From positions 480,001-544,000 of the forward strand of contig CBDFLQ010000006.1 in the NCBI GenBank assembly GCA_965249275.1: 64,000 nucleotides of DNA, written 5' to 3'. A model generated the notes under the pieces. The model was given only the letters and a program-made list of their open reading frames with translations. It made no database searches and had not been told where the DNA came from. A program made the translations under genes and the position numbers. Source of the DNA: Dehalococcoidia bacterium. GTDB lineage: Bacteria > Chloroflexota > Dehalococcoidia > Plut-88900. Below are positions 9,092-19,292 of the stretch, in pieces. Positions within the stretch are counted from its first letter, which is position 1. The number at the start of each line of letters is the position of its first letter.

Positions 9092-10365
9092 CCCAGGAAC
9101 CTCCAATCGAACGGCGCCTGAGAAATGACCTCGGGTTCGTTCCGGGTGATTATCACCTGCTCTTCCAGCTTCACCTGTTCCAGCCCGTTCTCCCGACCCC
9201 AACTGGACTCGACGGAAATCACCATGTTTTCCTCCAGCACACCGGGATAGTTCCCAAATCCCGTGTCGCTCCCGTCCGGGAAGAAGATCGCCGGGTATTC
9301 GTCTGACATGCCGTCCCCGTGGGCCAGAATGGTGTAGCGGTTAGCTCTGTACTCCTCCGGCATTTGGGGAGCTCTCTCAGAAATCTCCTGGAAGCTCACA
9401 CCCGCCCGATACAGCGGTAGGCAGTCCTGGAGGAATTGGTAGGCCCGCTTGTAGGCATCCGACTGCTCCTCATTTGGCTTAGCATCTCCGCATAGGTAAG
9501 TCCGGGATATGTCGGCGAAGTAGCCCAGTGGGCCTGCCATGTCCGTATCGATAGTCACGAGATTACCAGGCAGCACCAGCCGGTCCGAGGCCTCGCGCTT
9601 GAGCCACGGATTGGTGTTCCCTCCCGCGCAGAGCAGCTTGGAGTCCGTCCTTTCTCCCCCAAAATTCAGATTCGTCGACGCGAGTACGGCGTAAAGTTCG
9701 TTTTCGGTGACACCGGGCTCGATCGCTTCCTGCACCTTCGCCAGGGCCACGTCCCCGATGGCACATGCCTGCTTGATCAGGACCAGCTCGTCCTCGGTCT
9801 TGATCATCCTGGCCAGATTCATGAGCATTAGCCCATCCTCAAGAGACACTCCCTGTTCCTCAAGTGAGTGGATGGTCAGAATGTCCGACCTATCCATCGC
9901 AAGCTGTTCACCGGCGATGTTCAACTCCGTCAACACGTCCCGCATCTCTACCGCCCACCTTTTCGTCGCTTCGACTACGTAGCTCCCCGTACGCCACGAG
10001 TCCATGTTCGACGCAGGCCGACCTATGACATCATCCCCCAATACCGGAGCCTCGGTGACCGAGGGCATGAATAGAATCGGCTTACCCTCTCGGGGAATCA
10101 GGGCATGGCGGCCCTTCAGGTGCAGCAGGAAAGTCTCGAAGTTGCGAGCCCCGATAGCGTAGCGCACGTTAATCGGGTCGAATAAAAGCAGTCCGCCCAG
10201 GTTGGCCCGCGCCAGTTCCGCCTGAATACGCCCGATGCGCTCCCGCCGGAGCCTCCGCACGTCAACCCGCTCCTCAAAGTCGACCACCTGAGTCCCGACA
10301 ACATCTTTTTCATGGATTCGCTTGGCACACAATGCTCTATCCCTCGCTTCCTGTTTACGGCCCAT
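9088..10365 (-). CDS. M24 (Xaa-Pro peptidase-fold) protein, DddP DMSP-lyase-like
   Basis: LLFDPINVRYA, TNPW, IDTD, ADISRT, RY..LAHGxGMSDEYP, VE, VKLEEQV, PFD C-terminus; true start may be slightly downstream. Confidence 0.8.
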   Translation of the reverse strand: MGRKQEARDRALCAKRIHEKDVVGTQVVDFEERVDVRRLRRERIGRIQAELARANLGGLLLFDPINVRYAIGARNFETFLLHLKGRHALIPREGKPILFMPSVTEAPVLGDDVIGRPASNMDSWRTGSYVVEATKRWAVEMRDVLTELNIAGEQLAMDRSDILTIHSLEEQGVSLEDGLMLMNLARMIKTEDELVLIKQACAIGDVALAKVQEAIEPGVTENELYAVLASTNLNFGGERTDSKLLCAGGNTNPWLKREASDRLVLPGNLVTIDTDMAGPLGYFADISRTYLCGDAKPNEEQSDAYKRAYQFLQDCLPLYRAGVSFQEISERAPQMPEEYRANRYTILAHGDGMSDEYPAIFFPDGSDTGFGNYPGVLEENMVISVESSWGRENGLEQVKLEEQVIITRNEPEVISQAPFDWRFLG

Positions 10366-10507
10366 TCCACGCAGGGCTGATTCTAGGAGTGGGGAATGGC
10401 ATGGTCAATGAACTGACCACGGCCATTGCCTTAGTCCAGGTTGGAATGTAGGATTGTCCAATCCGTGTTCACAGGCCCGAAATTACCATACCGAATAGGA
10501 CTTTAAA

Positions 10508-11671
10508 ATGAATCAGAAGGTAGTGTCCGCTGACTGTCACATAGACCTGAGCTGGTTGCCGGAAGACCTCTTCATCAACCGTGCCCCGGCTCACCTGCAG
10601 TCCGCAATGCCCAGGGTCGAAGAGACCGAAGACGGCCGTTGGTGGAAAATCGAAGACGCAGTCATATCCAGGGTAGCCGGTTCCGGACTCAGCGGCACTG
10701 GCGAAAAGTATGTGCCCGGTTTTTCCCTCCACCTCGACAAAATGGAGGAAGAAGGTTTCTTCTCCGATGCCGCAGAGGGCCTCTACCACCCCACCACCCC
10801 CGAACTCCGGCTCCGGGACCAGGACATCGATGGCATTAGCGGGGAGGTAATCTACGGAATTCTCGGGGTAGCCAGCGGGTTCGCCGCCGGCGGAGACGCC
10901 GTACGCAACTCCGAGGCCCTGGGCGCGATCTACGAGATTTACAATGAGTGGGCATCCGAGTTCTGCGCCACAAACCCCGACCGATTCATAGGACTCGCAT
11001 GCCTCACTAGCCACGATCCCAAGCTTGCTGCGCAACAGCTGGCTACCGCCGCGGACCTTGGCCTCCGCGGTGCCGAGTTCAACGTTTCCAGTGCTTCGAC
11101 ACCTATCTATCAACCGGAATGGGACGAACTGTGGGCCGTCTCGGCAGAACGGCAAATGCCCATCTCATTCCACACTGTCGGGCTTCCATACCGGAAGCCT
11201 GACGCCGGCACCCCCGACTACTGCCAGTACGTTGCCATGGGTATAAACTTCACCCTCTTCCAGCTCTCTGGTGCCGAATATCTGGCAAGCATCATCCTTT
11301 CCGGCGCCTGCTCCAAAAACCCCGACTTCAACTTCGTCCTCGGCGAATGTGGCGTCGGCTGGATCCCTTATGTTCTCCACCGGTTGGACCAGGAGTACAA
11401 GGACCGGCTCTTCCACCTGAATCTGGAAATGGACCCCAGCGACTACTGGCGACGCCAGGGCCACTCCACCTTCCAGGACGAGGTCGTCACCCAGGAGCTA
11501 GTTGACCTCATCGGAGTTTCCAACATCCTGTGGGGCTCAGACTACCCCCACCCCGACGGCATATGGCCCGAGTCCCGGCAGCTCCTCGAAACTAACTTGG
11601 CTGCCCTGGATGAGGAGACCCGGACAAACATCACCTACCGGAACGCCGCCGAGCTATACCGTTTCAACTAA
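10508..11671 (+). CDS. Amidohydrolase family (Amidohydro_2) protein
   Basis: SADCHID, PISFH, GECGVGWIPY, WGSDYPHPD, NAAELYRFN. Confidence 0.92.
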   Translation: MNQKVVSADCHIDLSWLPEDLFINRAPAHLQSAMPRVEETEDGRWWKIEDAVISRVAGSGLSGTGEKYVPGFSLHLDKMEEEGFFSDAAEGLYHPTTPELRLRDQDIDGISGEVIYGILGVASGFAAGGDAVRNSEALGAIYEIYNEWASEFCATNPDRFIGLACLTSHDPKLAAQQLATAADLGLRGAEFNVSSASTPIYQPEWDELWAVSAERQMPISFHTVGLPYRKPDAGTPDYCQYVAMGINFTLFQLSGAEYLASIILSGACSKNPDFNFVLGECGVGWIPYVLHRLDQEYKDRLFHLNLEMDPSDYWRRQGHSTFQDEVVTQELVDLIGVSNILWGSDYPHPDGIWPESRQLLETNLAALDEETRTNITYRNAAELYRFN

Positions 11672-11725
11672 TAACCGGGCATCTACTGACCTGTCCTTTC
11701 CACGCCAACGACCCCCCTGCCTAAT

Positions 11726-12010
11726 TGTCATTCCGAGGCTCCGCGAGGAATCTGGGGCTTGGGGGCCAATCCCCTCTCCCTTGATGAGTCGCAGATGCGC
11801 CGAGGAGAGTGAGAGTGATCCAGGTTCTGAAATTCAGCCTATCCATCTCCGGGCCCGAGATCTTCCTCTCCCCCTGAGCCGAGTCGAAACATGTCATGAG
11901 ACCCTCGAAGTATGGGCAGGGGCGGTTGATTCGAATTCCCCGGGCGGGGCCGCTCGTGCTGTCGTAGATCCGCCAAGGCGGGAGGCTCTCGAAGTATGAG
12001 CGGGGGGTGG
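11726..12010. repeat. Cluster of REP-like palindromic repeats
   Basis: TGTCATTCCGAGGCTCCGCGAGGAATCT (11726-11753), CCCTCTCCC..GAGGAGAGTGAGAGTGA, CCCTGAGCCGAGTCGAA and two CTCGAAGTATG(G/A)GC units; same units recur at 45561-46140, 61088-61165, 63344-63480. Confidence 0.7.
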
Positions 12011-12197
12011 GACAGGCTTGATCAAACGGCCGGCATTCCTAGTCCAATTCTCGCCCCTCCAACTAACCACAGAGAGTGAGGTTGTTCCGACTCCCAAAAG
12101 AGCAGTCACGCAATAGTCTAGTACCGAGAGATATCCCCCGTTCATCACGCCCTGATGTTCCCAACAGCCCTGCGCTAGCTGTATCATTCCCGTCCGC

Positions 12198-13430
12198 ATG
12201 AGCGCACCCTACCATAGCCGCCCCACCGCGCCCCAATCGACCAACTACCGCTTCGTCATCATCATAGCGATGATGTTACCCCACGTCTTCGGGTTCATTA
12301 TCCTGGAGAGCCTGGGGCTGATGCTCCCCAGCATCAACAGGGAGTTTCACCTTAGCCCAACGGAAGAGGGAATCCTGGGGTCTGCCCCCCGGATAGGAAT
12401 GATGATTCTCGCCCTTCCCGCGGGCTTGTGGTTCTCCAAACTCAATGCTAAACACGTCACCACAATTACCTTCATTCTTGGGGCGCTGCTGGTGCTGCTC
12501 CAGGGTTGGTCGCCTATCTTCGCTGTGCTTCTGCTGGCTAGGGCGCTCTACGGCATCAGCATGGTCGTCCGAGAGCCAGTCAGGGCAATGCTCGTACGCC
12601 AATGGGCCCTTCCCAGGGAAGTAGTCACGATCAACGCCCTTTCTAACATGTTGTGGGGCGTCACCGCCGTCGGTTTCCTGCTGGTACCCCTTCTACTAAG
12701 GGCCCTGGACGACGACTGGCGGACAACTTTTTATATCTTCGCCGCGGGCATCCTTGGACTGACCCTGATATGGCACATATTTGGCAAGGAGCGGATATCT
12801 CCTCAGTACCAGGCTGACATGCTTGCCCAGACCCGAAGCCCCATTTCTTCCATCTTCCGCTACAGGGAACTCTGGTTCCTCGCCTTCGGAGTCTTGGGCA
12901 ACGCCGCCGCGTGGTCCGCCTTTGCTGTCTTCTGGCCCAGTTTGATGCTGGAGAAATTCGGCCTCTCCGAACTCACCTCCGGTTCCATCATTGCAATTGG
13001 TGGCGGAGTTTCGGCCTTTGCAGGCATAGGGGTGGGGATTCTGACCAACAAGATCGGTAAGAAGCGCGTCATCCTTTGGTGGTGCGGCGTCGGAATGGCC
13101 GTAACCCAGGTCGCATTCCTCTGGACGGGATCCTTTGGATGGCTGGTCCTGATCACTGCGGTCAACGGGGTGGCCTGGTCCCACTTCCCAATTGTCCTGA
13201 CCATCCCATTCCAGCTGCCCAACATCAAGCCCCGAGAGATCGCTACCGCCATAGGGTTCCTGGAAACTGCCGTATGGGCCGGTGCTCTGGTCGGGCCCAT
13301 ACTCACCGGCGCCCTGGAAGACTTCGCTCTGGATCCCCGACTTGCCCTTATGGTCACGGCAGCCATGCCGATAAGCCTGTCAATTGCCGCAATGCTCCTC
13401 CCGAGAAAGTGGGACGAGCTAACCGTCTAG
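12198..13430 (+). CDS. MFS transporter
   Basis: YRFVI, LMLPSINREFHLSPTEEG, QLPNIKPRE; about 12 TM segments. Confidence 0.88.
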   Translation: MSAPYHSRPTAPQSTNYRFVIIIAMMLPHVFGFIILESLGLMLPSINREFHLSPTEEGILGSAPRIGMMILALPAGLWFSKLNAKHVTTITFILGALLVLLQGWSPIFAVLLLARALYGISMVVREPVRAMLVRQWALPREVVTINALSNMLWGVTAVGFLLVPLLLRALDDDWRTTFYIFAAGILGLTLIWHIFGKERISPQYQADMLAQTRSPISSIFRYRELWFLAFGVLGNAAAWSAFAVFWPSLMLEKFGLSELTSGSIIAIGGGVSAFAGIGVGILTNKIGKKRVILWWCGVGMAVTQVAFLWTGSFGWLVLITAVNGVAWSHFPIVLTIPFQLPNIKPREIATAIGFLETAVWAGALVGPILTGALEDFALDPRLALMVTAAMPISLSIAAMLLPRKWDELTV

Positions 13431-13446
13431 CGCCCCGTGGCCCGCC

Positions 13447-14571
13447 CTAGTCCCCGTTCAGCCGTATGTTGAAGAGTCGCATGGCGTTGTCACGAGTGAT
13501 CTTCCTCTTAATCTCGTCGGAGATCCCCTCGAAATTTCTGGCAATGTACTCATGCGACTTGGGCCAAGTGCTCTCCCAGTGAGGATAGTCGTTGGCCCAG
13601 ATGTAGTTGTCCTCACCGATGATGTCCGTGTTCTTCACACCAACCGGGTCGTCCATGAAGCAGGCGTAGATGTTGCGCTTGAAGTAGTCGGTCGGGGCCA
13701 TGTCCGGCACCTCAACAAGTGAGTCCTGACGCATCCGGTACTTGTCATCCGCCAACCACAGGTAGTGAGGAATCCAGCCGATGTCCATTTCGGCCAAAAC
13801 CACCTTGAGTTCCGGGAACCGATCAAAAATGCCCCAGTAGATCAGGTGAGACAGGCTCCTCTGCCCCGGATGGTGCAGGCAGGTCTGGCTGATCCGGGCC
13901 TGGCCGATCTCGTCCTCCGGCCCGAACCCCGTGAAAGCGTGCAGGCTGATGGGGATGCCCACTTCCTGGGCGGCAGCCCACAAGGGGTCATACATCGGCT
14001 TCTCGTAGGTGCGGTCTAACTCAGGCCACGAGTTTATCAAGACACCTCGCAACCCCATCGCTGCACAGCGTTCCAGCTCCGCAACCGCAAGATCAATGTC
14101 ATACGTCGAGACCAGCCCGATCCCCAACAGCAGTTCCGGGGCATGAGAGCAGAACTCGGCCAGCCAGTCGTTGTAAACGGAGAACAGGGCCCGCTGGAGT
14201 GGGGGGTCTGTAAGGCGGTAGAGGGTCAGGGCATAGGAAGGGTAGAGCACCTCGGCCTCTGTCCCGTCGATCTTCATGTCTTCCAGCCGAGCCGCTGGGT
14301 CGTAGCCCCCCGGACGTCCATCTCTATAGGAGACTTCCTCTATGTGTGACTCGAATTCCGAGTAGCTATCCCTGCTCGCGCCTGCGAAGAAGGCCATCGA
14401 TGCTGTTATGGTGGGCAGGTCTTCACAGACCCATCTGTCTCCCTTCTCGCCGGGCGGATCCTTTACTATTCTCGGGGCACGATCACGGAACTCGTTGGGT
14501 AATCTGGTGGTCCACAGGTCTGCGGGGTCGGTTACGTGTGAGTCCCCGGAGACGATCTTATAGTCGGCCAT
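13447..14571 (-). CDS. Amidohydrolase family (Amidohydro_2) protein
   Basis: SGDSHV, PISLH, AEMDIGWIP, WANDYPHWE, NAMRLF. Confidence 0.92.
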   Translation of the reverse strand: MADYKIVSGDSHVTDPADLWTTRLPNEFRDRAPRIVKDPPGEKGDRWVCEDLPTITASMAFFAGASRDSYSEFESHIEEVSYRDGRPGGYDPAARLEDMKIDGTEAEVLYPSYALTLYRLTDPPLQRALFSVYNDWLAEFCSHAPELLLGIGLVSTYDIDLAVAELERCAAMGLRGVLINSWPELDRTYEKPMYDPLWAAAQEVGIPISLHAFTGFGPEDEIGQARISQTCLHHPGQRSLSHLIYWGIFDRFPELKVVLAEMDIGWIPHYLWLADDKYRMRQDSLVEVPDMAPTDYFKRNIYACFMDDPVGVKNTDIIGEDNYIWANDYPHWESTWPKSHEYIARNFEGISDEIKRKITRDNAMRLFNIRLNGD

Positions 14572-14647
14572 GCTCTATCTCCTCAGGCCCGAATCTTGCA
14601 GGCCATTCTCTTGACTCGATTATAGTACCGTGGTCTTGGTCGAGCCA

Positions 14648-15397
14648 CTAGACGTTCACCCGACCCCCATCTATCGGAAGCTCGATTCCCGTGACATAGG
14701 ACGACTCGTCTGAGGCAAGGTACAGCGCCCCGAATGCTATCTCCTCTGGAGTCCCGATGCGCGCCATCGGAATGTTAGCTACGGCATCGCCTTTCTCCGC
14801 TGCTTCCCTGGTCTGGGCATGGAGCATCGGCGTGTCTATGGGCCCCGGGTGGATGGAGTTGGCCCTTATGCCGTCCATTGCATACTGATGCGCAGTCGTC
14901 TTGGTCAGAATCTTCACGGCTCCTTTGGAAGGTCCGTAAGCCGTGCCATCCGCATTGCCCACTATCCCCGCCCCCGACGACATGTTCACGATTGATCCCC
15001 CACCCGCCTTCTTCATCTCCGGTATGGCGTGCTTGCTCCCCAAAAAGGACCCCGTGGCGTTCACCGCCATTATCCGATTCCAGGTTTCCAATGGCGTATC
15101 CGCTACAAGCTCTGGGCTGTAGGCCCCGGCGTTGTTTACCAGAACGTTCAACCCACCGAACCGTTCTACCGTTGCAGCCACAGCACGTTCCCAGTCTTCC
15201 TCTTTGGTAACATCCAGGTCTACGTAGAAAGCTTCTCCTCCGCCTTCGGCGACCTCTTCAACAACGCGTTCCCCCCGCCCCGAATCTATGTCGGCGACAG
15301 TAACCTTTGCCCCCTCCGCCGCAAAAAGTCGGCATATAGCCGACCCTATGCCCCCCGCCCCTCCGGACACCAGTGCAATCTTGCCTTCCATCCTCAT
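14648..15397 (-). CDS. Short-chain dehydrogenase/reductase (SDR)
   Basis: SGGAGGIG, LVNNAG, YGPSK catalytic YxxxK, NSIHPGPIDT. Confidence 0.95.
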   Translation of the reverse strand: MRMEGKIALVSGGAGGIGSAICRLFAAEGAKVTVADIDSGRGERVVEEVAEGGGEAFYVDLDVTKEEDWERAVAATVERFGGLNVLVNNAGAYSPELVADTPLETWNRIMAVNATGSFLGSKHAIPEMKKAGGGSIVNMSSGAGIVGNADGTAYGPSKGAVKILTKTTAHQYAMDGIRANSIHPGPIDTPMLHAQTREAAEKGDAVANIPMARIGTPEEIAFGALYLASDESSYVTGIELPIDGGRVNV

Positions 15398-15416
15398 GAT
15401 AGTAACAGCCCGTCCT

Positions 15417-16499
15417 CTAGCCCTGCTCAGTTATCACTCTACGGCAGAATGTTGCCGCGTTAACCAAATCCGGGATGATCACGAACTCTCTAACCGTATG
15501 CATCTCGTTCGTCGCCATCCCGACAACTATGCACTCAATCCCGTGCTCCCTCATCACGTTGGCGTCGGTCCCTCCACCCGAGGGTTCCAGCCGCAGAGGC
15601 AGCCCCATCGCATCGAGGTTCCGCTTTGCCAGCTCCAGCATCTTCTCGCCGGGCCTGACGGTGTAGGTGTTGAACTCTACGTTGAAACCATCCTCGATAA
15701 TCGCCTCCTTGTACCGGTCCCGCACCTGATCGAAAATACCCCGAGCCTGGAGTTGTAGCAGGTCCAGGGTTTCCAGGTTTCGGCTGCGAAACTCGCCTGT
15801 GAAAGTAGCTTGCTCGGGCACCGCGTTCCTGACACTGCCGCCGGATATGGTCCCGACGTTGAAGGTTGTCTCTTCATCGAGCCTTCCCTGGGGAAGCTCG
15901 CTGATGATCTCCGCCGCTATCTTGATCGCCGAGAGCCCCTTTTCCGGCTCGACACCCGCGTGTGCTGACCTGCCCGTGATTTTGACCTCGAAGCTAACGT
16001 ATGTCGGGCTGGAGCCCGTGAGCTTGTTAACCGGCCCGTTCCCATCGAAGACCACCGCCTCATCAGCCGTGATCATCGAAAAGTCCATGTTACGGGCGCC
16101 CACCAGCCCGATCTCCTCGCCCCTGGTGAACGCCAGTTGAATGCTCCGCCGTGGCAATTCCTCCTCTACCACCGACTCCAGCCCCTCCAGTATCGCGGCC
16201 ACGCCAGCCTTGCAGTCTCCGCCTAGAATCGTCGTCCCATCGGAGACTATCCTGTCGCCTTCTATCGTGGGTTTGATCCCCCGCCCCGGTTCCACCGTAT
16301 CCATGTGCGCAGAAAGCAATAGCGGGTTGTCGCCTTCCTCCCTTGCGATAAGGTTTCCGTGTGCATCCCTCAGAATCTCGAAGCCCAACGCCTCCAGTCT
16401 CCTCGATAGGTCCTGTGCTACCTCCTCCTCTTCATCCGATGGGCTGTCGATCTGCACTAGATCGCAAAATGTCTTCACTAAGCGCTCTTCATTGATCAT
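15417..16499 (-). CDS. M20 family metallopeptidase (peptidase T-like)
   Basis: SAHMDTV, LGGDCKAG, GEEIGL, SAHAGVEPEKG, GGGTDAN, MHT; start ATG 16499 (MINEERL). Confidence 0.92.
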   Translation of the reverse strand: MINEERLVKTFCDLVQIDSPSDEEEEVAQDLSRRLEALGFEILRDAHGNLIAREEGDNPLLLSAHMDTVEPGRGIKPTIEGDRIVSDGTTILGGDCKAGVAAILEGLESVVEEELPRRSIQLAFTRGEEIGLVGARNMDFSMITADEAVVFDGNGPVNKLTGSSPTYVSFEVKITGRSAHAGVEPEKGLSAIKIAAEIISELPQGRLDEETTFNVGTISGGSVRNAVPEQATFTGEFRSRNLETLDLLQLQARGIFDQVRDRYKEAIIEDGFNVEFNTYTVRPGEKMLELAKRNLDAMGLPLRLEPSGGGTDANVMREHGIECIVVGMATNEMHTVREFVIIPDLVNAATFCRRVITEQG

Positions 16500-16530
16500 T
16501 GTTGCTTCCTCAGGATTGTTGCCGCAGGGT

Positions 16531-17751
16531 TCATTTGCGGAATTCATCGATTCTGGACATTCGCTCTCTGACTATCTCCAGGGTCTCCAGTTTCTTGGGA
16601 AATGCGAACCGCACGAACTGTTTGCCCAACTCGGGTCGGCGGTAAAATGCCCGACCCGGGACCGGGGTCACCCCTATGGTCTCGGCCATGAACATGGCGA
16701 ATTCCAGGTCGTCGTCATACCCACAGTCGGGGTATTCGGTCATTACGTAGTAGGCCCCTTGGGGCGTTACGTAATCGAATCCGGCATCTTTCAGTATCGA
16801 CAGGGTCGCGTCCCTGCGGGCCTGGTAGTCCGACGCCAAGCCTTCGTAGTAACTCATGGGAAATCCCATACCCTTGGCCGCGGCCATCTGCAAAGGGTGC
16901 GCCGCCCCGACAGTCAGGAAGTCGTGGGCCCGGCGTATAGCCGTGCACAACGTGGCATCCATCACTATCGCCCACCCGATGCGCCATCCCGTCACGCTGT
17001 ACGTCTTGGAGACGCTGTTTATGGTAACCGTACGTTCTGCCATTCCGGGTAGGGAAGCGATACTGCGATGTGTCAGTCCGTCGAAGATGATGTGCTCATA
17101 CGGCTCATCAGAGAAGACCAGGGCATCAAACTCCTGGCATAGTTCGGCGATAACACCGAGTTCCTCGTCGGAATAGACCTTGCCTGAAGGGTTGTGGGGC
17201 GTAGTGATAATTACCGCCTTGGTTTTCTCCGAAAAAGCCTTTCTCAGTTCATCCGGGTCGAATTTGAAGGAATCACCGACCCGCCGAAGAGGCACATACA
17301 CCGGCTTCCCGCCTGAGATCAAAGTGTCCGGCCCATAGTTTTCGTAGAACGGCTCGAAGATGATGATCTCATCCCCCGGGTCCACAAGCCCGAGCATCGT
17401 GGCCATCATCGCTTCAGTGCCGCCACAGGTCACGGTGACGTGGGCGTCGGGTTCAGGACTCAGCCCGTTGTACCAGCTGAATTTCTCGGCTATCGCTTCC
17501 CGTAAAGGCCCCGCACCCCAAGTGTTGGCATACTGGTGGAAATCACCTTGCAGGGACTCTTCAGCCGCTTTTATAAGGGCCGAGGGTGGGGTGAAATCAG
17601 GGAAACCCTGGGCCATGTTCACACCGCCCAGGTTATTGTTGATCCGGGTCATGTCCCGGATTATCGACTCTGTGAAATGCCGGACTCGCTCCGCCGTGTA
17701 GCGCTCACTGGACAAAATCGTGTGTGCCCCCGCCCCGTTGAGTTGGCCCAT
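16531..17751 (-). CDS. Class I/II PLP-dependent aminotransferase
   Basis: NMAQGFPD, TPHNPSGKV, SDEPYEH, SVSKTYSVTGWRIG. Confidence 0.93.
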   Translation of the reverse strand: MGQLNGAGAHTILSSERYTAERVRHFTESIIRDMTRINNNLGGVNMAQGFPDFTPPSALIKAAEESLQGDFHQYANTWGAGPLREAIAEKFSWYNGLSPEPDAHVTVTCGGTEAMMATMLGLVDPGDEIIIFEPFYENYGPDTLISGGKPVYVPLRRVGDSFKFDPDELRKAFSEKTKAVIITTPHNPSGKVYSDEELGVIAELCQEFDALVFSDEPYEHIIFDGLTHRSIASLPGMAERTVTINSVSKTYSVTGWRIGWAIVMDATLCTAIRRAHDFLTVGAAHPLQMAAAKGMGFPMSYYEGLASDYQARRDATLSILKDAGFDYVTPQGAYYVMTEYPDCGYDDDLEFAMFMAETIGVTPVPGRAFYRRPELGKQFVRFAFPKKLETLEIVRERMSRIDEFRK

Positions 17752-17815
17752 TCTAACACGTAGCAGTCACCTCCCCCGCCACTCCAGAAGGCCAAATCCG
17801 AAAGCAGGCGTCGCG

Positions 17816-18424
17816 TTAGAGTTTCTGCGCATGGAAGAGGACCGCGCTCCAGTGCCCGGCCTCTTGAAGCTCCACTCGGCTGTGATCGTGTACAGGTGTT
17901 TCCACAATCTCGGCCCTGATAACGCTGAACCCGGTGAAGGCAGCCTTGAGTTCCTCGAGGGTTACGAGATCAAGCTCTGCAAAGAACCTGACTCTCTTCA
18001 TCGTTGAGTCGAAGTCCTTCAGGAGCACGGTGCCCCCCGGTGTCAGGGACTCCCGGATCGTCAGATAGAGCGGCTCTCGTCCCTTCTTCCTTCCCGGAAG
18101 TGCGAAGCTGCTAGTTATTAAGTCATAGTGGGTGGACGGCTTCCAGGTAGTGGCGTCAGCCATCTGTAACTCAGCTTCTATCCCTCGCGCCCGAGTGATT
18201 TCGCGCGCCGCCTTTATGGCTTTCGCCGCGATATCTATGCCCGTCACCCGCCATCCCCGCTGCGCGAGGGCGGCGACAAGGCCGCCCGCTCCACAGCCTA
18301 CGTCCAGCGCTCGGCCCGGCCTCAGGCCGTCGATAATTTCCAGCATCCCGGCGTCGGGCGCCTCATAGTCCGTTGCGTCGCCCGAATAGGATTTGTTCCA
18401 GTCGAAGAGGTCCTGGCCTTCCAT
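17816..18424 (-). CDS. Class I SAM-dependent methyltransferase
   Basis: RALDVGCGAG motif I, VTGIDI, YDLI, LTPGG. Confidence 0.9.
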   Translation of the reverse strand: MEGQDLFDWNKSYSGDATDYEAPDAGMLEIIDGLRPGRALDVGCGAGGLVAALAQRGWRVTGIDIAAKAIKAAREITRARGIEAELQMADATTWKPSTHYDLITSSFALPGRKKGREPLYLTIRESLTPGGTVLLKDFDSTMKRVRFFAELDLVTLEELKAAFTGFSVIRAEIVETPVHDHSRVELQEAGHWSAVLFHAQKL

Positions 18425-18584
18425 ACCTGCGCCTGCCCGTGTCTCCGAGTCACGCCTAGAGCGATACAGCGCCAATCAGAGCCATATGAAGCCAATCGAC
18501 ATGCCTGCATGCTCGGTAGCTTCCCGAATACACTCCTGTCGCCGACCCCATGACCCCATCCTTCGGGATGGAATCACCGAGCCC

Positions 18585-18920
18585 TTACATGGGCAAGGGT
18601 ATCGCTTCGTGGACTTCTATCGCACAACCCGGGTCCCACCCTAGGTGCGGGTGACCCTCTAGCAGCGCCTTTGCCGCTTCCATACTCTCCGCCTCCAGGA
18701 TTGAGTATCCCGTCACCTCGCTGTCGCTCTGCCCGGCCCCCGACGCGGTTATTCTCTGCCCACCCCCCAACGGCGACCCCATGTCCACCAGGCTCTCTCT
18801 GCACTTCTCGGCCCACCCCATCCAAAGCGCCATGCCTTTCTGCATCTCCTCGGGTGTGCTCTCCGACATCGCGGCAACTGCCGACTTCGGAGCGTGATAA
18901 AGAACTATGTATCTTCCCAT
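18585..18920 (-). CDS. YciI-like protein
   Basis: YIVLY...W..W...LVDMGSPL...VTGYSILEAESMEAAKALLEGHPH..IEVHE pattern. Confidence 0.75.
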   Translation of the reverse strand: MGRYIVLYHAPKSAVAAMSESTPEEMQKGMALWMGWAEKCRESLVDMGSPLGGGQRITASGAGQSDSEVTGYSILEAESMEAAKALLEGHPHLGWDPGCAIEVHEAIPLPM

Positions 18921-19095
18921 TGTTGTCTTCTCTTTACCGGCTCCCTTCCAACGCCCCATATGAACGCCTTCGGTTCACCTTTATACTATCGTTAACCCCT
19001 GACCAATTCTGCCCGCCTCGCTCTCTGTCTCCAATCTAACCCACAGGGTATATCGAATTATCGGGGAGGCAATCGTGCAGTGTCAATCAACGGTA

Positions 19096-19270
19096 CTAGT
19101 TCAGCGTATATGAGTCACCATCGGGCAAGTACATCAGGGGGTTAGCCCTGGGCTGGCTGCTCTTGGCTCCCACGGTGTGAAGAAGGAGGAGGGGCGCTCC
19201 TTCAAACCTTCCCACAGTTGTTCAGAAACTCCTCGATAACGCCTCTATTCCAATCGTTCTGCGTTGTCAC
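19096..19270 (-). pseudogene. Frameshifted, truncated F420-dependent nitroreductase (Ddn/FDOR-A family) remnant
   Basis: AAGGAG RBS + GTG 19270 gives MTTQNDWNRGVIEEFLNNCGKV*; shifted frame continues FEGAPLLLLHTVGAKSSQPRANPLMYLPDGDSY then TAG; matches the family N-terminus (DWN..IIEEFR.NGGKVGG.FEG.PLLLL.T.GAKSG..R.NPL.Y..DGD); absent from ORF track. Confidence 0.8.
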
Positions 19271-19292
19271 TGGTCTCCTTTGGAAGGTGAGC

